This document shows, in pieces, positions 8,873 through 15,046 of a DNA stretch of 24,000 nucleotides (positions are counted from its first letter, which is position 1; each line of letters starts with the position of its first letter). Origin of the DNA: Gordonia phage Gmala1; sequence record NC_028972.1. One strand, written 5' to 3'. A program made the position numbers and the translations under genes. A model generated the notes under the pieces. It was not told the origin of the DNA, did no database searches, and saw only the letters and a list, made by a program, of their open reading frames with translations.

Positions 8873-9001
8873 TGATAAATCCCTGTCTCTTGATTTTGCT
8901 CAGTCTTGCCTGTCTGGCCGTCCTCCATGCCAGTCCCTAAAGGCTAGCATGATTCCCCTTTAACTCGCAACAGTCCCCGCGAACTCGCGCGTTCGTGCAG
9001 G

Positions 9002-9868
9002 TCAGCGCCCGTTCCAGCCAAGCTCCACGGCGTCGGCGGGGCCGAGCGCCGCGTGAGCGAGCACGTCCGGCGTCAGGCCGTGGGAGAGGTAGGCAGAGGC
9101 TAGGCGACGTAAAAGGGAATTCTCGTCAGTGTTATTTGCACCGGGATTAAACGTGTCTTCCATATCCAGAGTAGAATCAGTGATGGTCTTTTTAATTTCA
9201 CCAAAATCAATCTTCTCTGACTTGAACCAGTTAATCCAGCACAACCTAATCTGATTAAGGGTCATGGGATATTGCACGGTACTTGCTGCAATTTCATGGA
9301 CTGCATTCAGATTGTCTGTGTACGAATACTGAACAGTGTCAAAACTGCCGTGCTCAGTGACATTAATGTTAATTGGCACAAAGATTCCAATGGTAGGAAA
9401 TACGGGCAACATGAAATGGCCTTCTATTGTCATTTTTGCAAACTCCCGAGAGTTCATAAGCACGGGCCAGATTTTATTGTCCCATACCACATTTTCGTTG
9501 GGGCTACAAGGAAGTAAGTCCGGCCTATTCCTGATCCAATCGGAAAATTGGAACATTCCAAAGTCTCCGGTAACGGGACACAACTTATCGGTGTCACTTA
9601 CGTCATCGTGATCTGTTGAAAGAATTACATTGCACAAGCCAACCGGGCCGTAGCGTACATGAATATAGAAGTCCTCCTTGATTATTCTCATGTTTGATTC
9701 TTCTAGCTCAGACTCGAAATTGCATGAGAAAAAACTACCGGGCATAAAAGTCGGCGAAGCACCAGGATAAACATGGTCCACGATCACGTCCGGAAAAACC
9801 GGAGACAGGTCACCCTGCTCCACTCCTGAAAATAGAACCTCTTCCACTTCGTTGATTATATCGTCCAT
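9002..9868 (-). CDS. Hypothetical protein
   Basis: 288-aa ORF, no family recognised. Confidence 0.7.
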   Translation of the reverse strand: MDDIINEVEEVLFSGVEQGDLSPVFPDVIVDHVYPGASPTFMPGSFFSCNFESELEESNMRIIKEDFYIHVRYGPVGLCNVILSTDHDDVSDTDKLCPVTGDFGMFQFSDWIRNRPDLLPCSPNENVVWDNKIWPVLMNSREFAKMTIEGHFMLPVFPTIGIFVPININVTEHGSFDTVQYSYTDNLNAVHEIAASTVQYPMTLNQIRLCWINWFKSEKIDFGEIKKTITDSTLDMEDTFNPGANNTDENSLLRRLASAYLSHGLTPDVLAHAALGPADAVELGWNGR

Positions 9869-9870
9869 TT

Positions 9871-10254
9871 TTACTCCGTTTCTATCATATCTAGCAACTT
9901 GAACATATCAATGACGCGAGCCAGTCTTCCCGCGTCATTATCTAATGGCGGCTCCTTTGGAATACCCACCAAAAAATGGGCTGGTTTTACTTGAACAGGC
10001 TTGTCATTATTGTCTTCCTGCTCAGAACCCCCAAATTCCGCACTATTTACTTGAACAGGCTCAGACTTACTGGTCTCAGTGACAAAAGACCTGTCACCGA
10101 AACGGGACTGGCCTTTCGCCGGCGCGGGAGCGTCTGTTTTCTTTTTGCGTGAAGACTTCGGCGTGCCTGGTTTCCTTTTCTCTGATACAGACTCTTCCAG
10201 TGCTCCGCCGAAAAGATCACTCACAGTACGCTCCGTGACATGAATTGCACTCAT
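9871..10254 (-). CDS. Hypothetical protein with basic linker and short internal repeat
   Basis: 127-aa ORF; internal repeat EPVQVNSAEF / KPVQVKPAHF. Confidence 0.6.
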   Translation of the reverse strand: MSAIHVTERTVSDLFGGALEESVSEKRKPGTPKSSRKKKTDAPAPAKGQSRFGDRSFVTETSKSEPVQVNSAEFGGSEQEDNNDKPVQVKPAHFLVGIPKEPPLDNDAGRLARVIDMFKLLDMIETE

Positions 10255-10387
10255 ATCCCGACCACTTAATCATAATAAACTCATGCGCACAATCGGGATC
10301 ACCGCCCCAAATTGGAGTAGTTCGAGGATTCTTGCGACGCTCTACTATATATCCCGGAATCTTTGGTTCTGGGATAGAACTAGCCAT
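10217..10387 (-). CDS. Small 56-aa Cys-rich protein, absent from the supplied ORF track
   Basis: ATG at 10385-10387, TGA at 10217-10219: MASSIPEPKIPGYIVERRKNPRTTPIWGGDPDCAHEFIMIKWSGYECNSCHGAYCE; CxH...CxxC...C. Overlaps the upstream gene stop (10380-10382). Confidence 0.65.
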   Translation of the reverse strand: MASSIPEPKIPGYIVERRKNPRTTPIWGGDPDCAHEFIMIKWSGYECNSCHGAYCE

Positions 10388-11090
10388 TTGCAAGAACCTC
10401 CCGAGCCTCCTCCTCGGTCACGCCGAAAGTGCTAACGATCTGCTTAATGTCGAATCCACCGGAATGCGCAGCACGAATAGCGATTGCCGTTCCCTCGTTA
10501 ACACCAGATGAGACAGGAGCGCTCTTTTTCGAGGGCGCGAGGGTCGAAGTTTTCGGTGCCACAGGGTTTTTCGGCTGGGCAGTATTCTTCTGGGTTACTG
10601 GTCGGCCAGGGACAGTTCCTGTGGCGGCAATATGCAATGCCTCCCCGCTGACCTGCCCCATAAAACCCGGCGTGTCCGGTGCCGCCTCTCCGAGCTTTTT
10701 TGCCTGGTATCGCTTGACGCCGAGCGCGACAACCTGATCCGAATTCTCGAAAAATGGTGCGCAAGCAATCTTAATTGCCTCTGCCAGCCCACGACCAATT
10801 GCGGTCTTTTCGGTTCGCTGCAACTTGTCGTCAAGCCATTCAATTCGAGTCTGGTCAACCAGGTCGCCCTCTTCGTTATTGCTTGCACCCTGCCAGGTCA
10901 TGGCCAGCTCGATATACTTATCGAGTTCAAGCCACATCTGCTGAATAATGGTCGGCGCGCTCATATTTCGTCTCCTGTCGTGGAAAAAGTCTATGTGATC
11001 TTTGAACATACTGCATTGATAACTGGGACTGGTGTCCCAGTCTGCACGCCATTTGCAGACTGGGCACTCAATCTGAACCGGAACGGCCAT
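10380..11090 (-). CDS. Zinc-finger plus HTH-like protein
   Basis: Start at 11088-11090 (MAVPVQIECPVCKWRADWDTSPSYQCSMFKDHIDFFHD), C-x2-C-x18-H-x4-H; C-terminal GGFDIKQIVSTFGVTEEEAREVLANG is HTH-like. Overlaps the upstream TAA (TAATG). Confidence 0.7.
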   Translation of the reverse strand: MAVPVQIECPVCKWRADWDTSPSYQCSMFKDHIDFFHDRRRNMSAPTIIQQMWLELDKYIELAMTWQGASNNEEGDLVDQTRIEWLDDKLQRTEKTAIGRGLAEAIKIACAPFFENSDQVVALGVKRYQAKKLGEAAPDTPGFMGQVSGEALHIAATGTVPGRPVTQKNTAQPKNPVAPKTSTLAPSKKSAPVSSGVNEGTAIAIRAAHSGGFDIKQIVSTFGVTEEEAREVLANG

Positions 11091-11332
11091 TATCGTTCCA
11101 GAACATTTCTCTGATCCAACACCGCCAGGCATTCGTCATCTACATGAATGCCGTACTCGATAATTGGATCATTGTCGAGAATGTACCGTCTCGCCGAGAG
11201 AATATCGTCAAACTCCGGCGACTTTGAATTGGGTTCAACCAATTCCTCGTTGCTTGCGAATCCCTGAGAAATGGCGAATTTCTCAGGATTGTTCGGGTGC
11301 TTACTGATCCTGTAGTAATTGTCAGCACTCAC
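11090..11332 (-). CDS. Hypothetical protein (GTG start)
   Basis: GTGAGTGCTGAC... start overlaps the TGA of the 11329-11496 ORF (GTGA coupling). Confidence 0.6.
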   Translation of the reverse strand: MSADNYYRISKHPNNPEKFAISQGFASNEELVEPNSKSPEFDDILSARRYILDNDPIIEYGIHVDDECLAVLDQRNVLER

Positions 11333-11496
11333 TGCTTTCTCCCTACTTTCCTCGGTCCGACTACGGCGTTCGCTAGCCGGACTGCTCTCATTTTCTCCGG
11401 TCCAATTCCCATTGGATCATACGAAAAACAACCAGGCTCCCCACACACGCATGACTCGAAATTACGGTGATCGTGCTCGGTTCGCTTTTTTCTCAT
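11329..11496 (-). CDS. Small 55-aa Cys-containing protein, absent from the supplied ORF track
   Basis: ATG 11494-11496 to TGA 11329-11331: MRKKRTEHDHRNFESCVCGEPGCFSYDPMGIGPEKMRAVRLANAVVGPRKVGRKQ; ATGA and GTGA overlaps with both neighbours. Confidence 0.65.
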   Translation of the reverse strand: MRKKRTEHDHRNFESCVCGEPGCFSYDPMGIGPEKMRAVRLANAVVGPRKVGRKQ

Positions 11497-11711
11497 AGGG
11501 TGTACCTGTTCCTGTGCTTTTCAATGACGCGGTGCGCCAAACACTGACCGATGTATTGGAGCGTGTAATTCGGATATGCGTCCGGGTCATTTACTTTTTC
11601 CTGAAACATGGTAGCCAATTGGTGCGGCTCAAGAAGTCCGTACTTTCCCCAGATTTCAAATCTCTGGACTGTTTTTACTGACTCTTCTGGCTTGTTTTCT
11701 TGCTCAGGCAT
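11493..11711 (-). CDS. Hypothetical protein (alternative start 11732)
   Basis: ORF MPEQENKPEESVKTVQRFEIWGKYG...; 4-nt overlap with the next ORF. Confidence 0.6.
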   Translation of the reverse strand: MPEQENKPEESVKTVQRFEIWGKYGLLEPHQLATMFQEKVNDPDAYPNYTLQYIGQCLAHRVIEKHRNRYTL

Positions 11712-12121
11712 TTGCAATCTCCAATTCCGCATGGTCCGTCATGATTTTTTCCAACTGCTATTACTTGAATCCCTGCCACGGCTGCTCGCTTAAGGCAATC
11801 CATAGTGCCCTTACTATTTGGCATAATGAAAGCCAGGCAAATATCGGCACCATAATCAACCATTTGCTGATTACGTTTCGGGCCAGCGGACTTTCCGTGC
11901 TTGCCCCAGTCTGCCGGGAATTCGGTTACCGTCATATCGAAGTAACCAGAACAGAATCGCGCGGCCATTTCATCGGCACCGGGAGCGCCGCCATGAATAA
12001 GTTCGCATTCTTTGCTGTACCACTCGAAATCACTCAGAACGTCACAAATCAAGTCCTGAACCATTTGATAGTCATCCCAATAACGCGATCCGGTTACTAG
12101 AATCTTGTGCTTTAGTGCCAT
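11675..12121 (-). CDS. YspA/DUF2493-like protein of the SLOG (YpsA-related) superfamily
   Basis: ILVTGSRYWDDYQMVQDLI...ELIHGGAPGADEMAARFC...FPADWGKHGKSAGPKRNQQMVDYGADICLAFIMPNSKGTMDCLKRAAVAGIQV, the classic pattern for the family. Confidence 0.9.
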   Translation of the reverse strand: MALKHKILVTGSRYWDDYQMVQDLICDVLSDFEWYSKECELIHGGAPGADEMAARFCSGYFDMTVTEFPADWGKHGKSAGPKRNQQMVDYGADICLAFIMPNSKGTMDCLKRAAVAGIQVIAVGKNHDGPCGIGDCKCLSKKTSQKSQ

Positions 12122-12123
12122 GA

Positions 12124-12339
12124 TTATTTCTTTCTTTTGTCAACCACTAGGCTTGGAATTCCCAGCGCCGCCAATCCGTCTCGTGTTGCTTTTCTTGTTG
12201 CTCGCTCTAGTGCAACTTCGGGAACCAAATGATTTGCGCGGATAGCCTCTCCGTACTTATCCATCCATTCCTTCTCCGAAACTTCGACCTCCATGCACAC
12301 CGTTACGCGCATGGTGCCCTTTTTCTTGTCGTAAGTCAT
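12124..12339 (-). CDS. Hypothetical protein
   Basis: 71-aa ORF in the gene run. Confidence 0.55.
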   Translation of the reverse strand: MTYDKKKGTMRVTVCMEVEVSEKEWMDKYGEAIRANHLVPEVALERATRKATRDGLAALGIPSLVVDKRKK

Positions 12340-12344
12340 TTTCC

Positions 12345-12797
12345 CTACTTGACGTATCGCTCGAAGATTTCTTCCACGTTAGGATTGTCAGAAACAAGCT
12401 CCTTGCAGAAATTGACAAGGTTTTCGACACCCATGTTCTCATGGAATAGGGTGCCGCTAATGATTTCCTTCGCCCATTCCTCGTCAGTGAACGTCTTGGT
12501 GACCACACTCATCATTTTAGAGCGCGTGGTGAGGTATTCTCGCGCAGAGATAACATTGATCGCACCTTCCAGCACATCCATGAGAATCATATCTGCGACA
12601 GCCGCAAACGAGAACAGGATTACCTGAGCGCCGTTCTCGTAGAACGGTCGGCAGGACATATCCAGCATTTCTTCTACGGTGACCATATGCTCTTCGCCAT
12701 TCGGCAAAATGATCTGAATAATCGGCTTCTCAGTGTCGCTAGGAAGAATGCGCAAGTCGTCGGTGCTTTCGGTATTTTCAGTGCTGTTATCGGTCAT
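12345..12797 (-). CDS. Hypothetical protein (start 12797 or 12809)
   Basis: ORF MTDNSTENTESTDDLRILPSDTEKPIIQI...; compact spacing with neighbours. Confidence 0.65.
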   Translation of the reverse strand: MTDNSTENTESTDDLRILPSDTEKPIIQIILPNGEEHMVTVEEMLDMSCRPFYENGAQVILFSFAAVADMILMDVLEGAINVISAREYLTTRSKMMSVVTKTFTDEEWAKEIISGTLFHENMGVENLVNFCKELVSDNPNVEEIFERYVK

Positions 12798-12798
12798 T

Positions 12799-13551
12799 TT
12801 ACTTACCATCTTTCTTGGTTGAGTTGGTGCCACTGGAAACTACAGAGTCGAGTACATTTGAATTTGCATTCATAACCTTTGCGAACTCATTGAGCATAAT
12901 CATGTAAAGCGCAGGATCATGGAGCTGCTTTTCTCCCCAGCATTCCTGATAATGCTCAACACAGGAACTGTATAGGTCCTTGATTTCGGCAAACTCGGTG
13001 AGATTATCCTCGTCAATAGTGGGCCAAATGTCATGCCATGCGGCGTCATGTTGCTGAATTCCGCCACCCGCCACCCATGCGTCTGCTCGAATGAACTCGA
13101 TTTCGATTCCAGCATTGAAGCACATTTCCGTATAGTGCTGAGAAAGCAAATTAAGAACATCTACATTCTTCTCGACTACCGTAATCCGCTCCGTAGCAGG
13201 CGCTAGCCGGACCAGGCCATGAATAACCATTCCCAGTCCCAAGCCAGTAACAATTACTGACTTGTACTCACTGGAAATGCACTTACGAATAAACCACAGG
13301 TGATCCATTCGCTCAGAAAAAGTGTCACTCACACAAAGCGAGTCATACATATACAGCGCAGTATATTCTCCCGGTGGAGTATATGCACGCGGCCCGTTAC
13401 TGCCAGACATTGAGCGAATTACTTCATCCTGTGTGACCTGAATCTTCTTGACGGAGATATTCTTTCGCTCACCTACGGGAACATTCACCTTCATGGTGGA
13501 AAGCTGTTCGGCAACTTCATTGATTAACATTTCTGCCTTTGTGAGTTTCAC
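12799..13551 (-). CDS. Rossmann-fold methyltransferase/spermidine-synthase-like protein
   Basis: SVIVTGLGLGMVIHGLV (motif I), ITVVEKNVDVLNLL (acidic motif II), IEFIRADAWVAG. Confidence 0.6.
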   Translation of the reverse strand: MKLTKAEMLINEVAEQLSTMKVNVPVGERKNISVKKIQVTQDEVIRSMSGSNGPRAYTPPGEYTALYMYDSLCVSDTFSERMDHLWFIRKCISSEYKSVIVTGLGLGMVIHGLVRLAPATERITVVEKNVDVLNLLSQHYTEMCFNAGIEIEFIRADAWVAGGGIQQHDAAWHDIWPTIDEDNLTEFAEIKDLYSSCVEHYQECWGEKQLHDPALYMIMLNEFAKVMNANSNVLDSVVSSGTNSTKKDGK

Positions 13552-14159
13552 TTGGCACGCTCCTTCGGCATTTTGTCAGCGAATACATTGCAGCGATCCA
13601 AAAGCTGCTCGGGTTCCATGTAGTCTCGATACGAACCATCATTCATGGCAAACAGAATTGCATTTCGCAACTGTGCCTTACTCCATTTCGTGTGACCTTT
13701 GAATGCATTATGCTTTGAAAGTGAACTGTCCTTGATTTCTTTCAGCATTTTCTTGTGAGTCATCCGGTCAATCGTTCCACTGTGATTTGCTGCCCACAGA
13801 TCATTGATTGCCTTATTCAGCCAGCGCGGCACGGTCTCACCAGAGTAATAAGTGCGCACTTCCTCGAAACCATTCGAGCGAGTATTGAATCCTGCAATAT
13901 AGTTGCGCTTGTAAACTACAGCCTTATGGAAGAATGATCCAAAGGTATAGATTTTGATATGATCCGGAACGAACTTTTTGGCATGAATCCATACCGTCTT
14001 ACCGCCGATTTCTCCGCATACCGACCTGGTATCTGGCAGCACCGGCGCAGCATTATGAACAATGCCATGAGTTACGGCGTAAATCTTTGTCTCAGAGTAC
14101 GGATAAAGTTCTGCGTGAGCCTGAGTTTTCTTGCTTGTCTTGCTTGTCTTGCCTGTCAT
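13548..14159 (-). CDS. Hypothetical protein
   Basis: 203-aa ORF, Lys/Thr-rich N-terminus, ATGA overlap with the next gene, leader TCAGGCAGGAAAC upstream. Confidence 0.7.
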   Translation of the reverse strand: MTGKTSKTSKKTQAHAELYPYSETKIYAVTHGIVHNAAPVLPDTRSVCGEIGGKTVWIHAKKFVPDHIKIYTFGSFFHKAVVYKRNYIAGFNTRSNGFEEVRTYYSGETVPRWLNKAINDLWAANHSGTIDRMTHKKMLKEIKDSSLSKHNAFKGHTKWSKAQLRNAILFAMNDGSYRDYMEPEQLLDRCNVFADKMPKERAK

Positions 14160-14208
14160 TTTTTGTTTCCTGCCTGAAAAAACTCTGTGCTGTGTTTGTT
14201 AAACATTT

Positions 14209-14284
14209 CCCCCAAATATTCGGGGTAAATACTTGAGAAAAAATCCCCCAAATATTCCCCCAAATACTTGAAGCTAATACTTGA
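14209..14284. promoter_or_regulatory. C/A-tract plus TACTTGA repeat cluster
   Basis: CCCCCAAATATTCGGGG, AATCCCCCAAATATTCCCCCAAATACTTGAAGCTAATACTTGA; TACTTGA at 14230, 14265 and 14278. Confidence 0.6.
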
Positions 14285-14295
14285 AGCCTATCCGG

Positions 14296-14487
14296 CTAGC
14301 GCGGCTGCTCTGCGATGATTTCCTTTCCGCCGTCGCGGTACCACTTGACGAATTTGACGGCCTCTTCGTAGAAACCGCTCGCGGGATTGAGGTCCCGCGT
14401 TCCCTTAATGAGAATTTCGCTCAGCGGAACCGTCTTTGAAATAAGGTTCGCTTCTTCGGTTGTTACTGTGATCTTTTCGGTTGCCAC
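14296..14487 (-). CDS. Small hypothetical protein
   Basis: 63-aa ORF MATEKITVTTEEANLISKTVPLSEILIKG...; flanked by noncoding DNA. Confidence 0.55.
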   Translation of the reverse strand: MATEKITVTTEEANLISKTVPLSEILIKGTRDLNPASGFYEEAVKFVKWYRDGGKEIIAEQPR

Positions 14488-14797
14488 GGTGAAATCTTTC
14501 TATGCGTTGATTAACGGGGTCTGGCATATAGCCGGCGAGCTAGGCTGTGATATTCGTGAACCTGGAAAATTCCCCCTAAGTCTCTGTTATTGCTTTCTGT
14601 CTCTGCTGAGCGTGTCCCTACGCGGCCCGCTGAGCGCTCCCCTGTACGTTGCCGGTACTCGGTGACCAGCGACCGGAAAACGTCGCCTAGCGGGCCGCTC
14701 AGCGGGTAATCCTGAGCGCGTCGGCGCGGGCCGCTGAGCGGGTCGCCGGGTGACCAGCGCCGACGCTCAGCGGGTACCGGCCACCGGCGCGCGCTGA

Positions 14798-14855
14798 GCC
14801 GGTACGTCGGCACGCTGAGCGGGTAACGCGCTGCCCAGCGTGCCGACGTACCGGC
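14798..14855. repeat. 20-bp perfect inverted repeat with 18-nt loop
   Basis: GCCGGTACGTCGGCACGCTG (14798-14817) versus CAGCGTGCCGACGTACCGGC (14836-14855), just 3' of the 14864-15046 ORF. Confidence 0.92.
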
Positions 14856-14863
14856 GCATTACG

Positions 14864-15046
14864 TCACTGTGACGAATGGAATCTGACCGGCTGAAAGTGC
14901 AGACGTACCGACTTATTAAACTCGGCGCGTTCTCTAGCTCGGTATATTTTTGTCGACACGGCAGTTTCGTAAATCCGCCCGATATGCTCGGTTCGGTTAA
15001 GAACCGAGCCAAGCATATTCGCCGGGCCGGTGTGAATTGCACTCAT
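14864..15046 (-). CDS. Possible 60-aa small protein coupled to the VWA gene
   Basis: TGATG overlap with the VWA stop, GAGG RBS-like sequence 8 nt upstream; MSAIHTGPANMLGSVLNRTEHIGRIYETAVSTKIYRARERAEFNKSVRLHFQPVRFHSSQ. Confidence 0.5.
   Translation of the reverse strand: MSAIHTGPANMLGSVLNRTEHIGRIYETAVSTKIYRARERAEFNKSVRLHFQPVRFHSSQ

Noticed and set aside
9984-10060. ACTTGAACAGGCT repeated near 9986 and 10050
   Set aside because: It encodes a short repeated peptide (PVQV) inside the 9871-10254 gene and is best explained at protein level.
10498-10888. Alternate-frame minus-strand ORFs within the zinc-finger/HTH gene
   Set aside because: They are fully nested in a better-supported frame with metal-binding and HTH motifs.
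11025-11035. GGGACTGG matches near 10104 and 11025
   Set aside because: They lie inside coding frames and lack the A/T-rich 5' block and full GGCA end, so I treat them as chance.
12257-12508. 83-aa minus-strand ORF
   Set aside because: It is an alternate frame across the two well-placed ORFs 12124-12339 and 12345-12797.
14986-15009. GCTCGGTTC...GAACCGAGC as a tRNA arm
   Set aside because: No acceptor stem, anticodon arm or TTCRA loop in the right geometry. No tRNA gene was recognised anywhere in the window.
14511-15042. Arg/Pro-rich minus-strand ORFs (14511..14813 and 14767..15042)
   Set aside because: They lie in repeat-rich intergenic DNA and cross the 20-bp inverted repeat; the short frame at 14864-15046 has better start signals.
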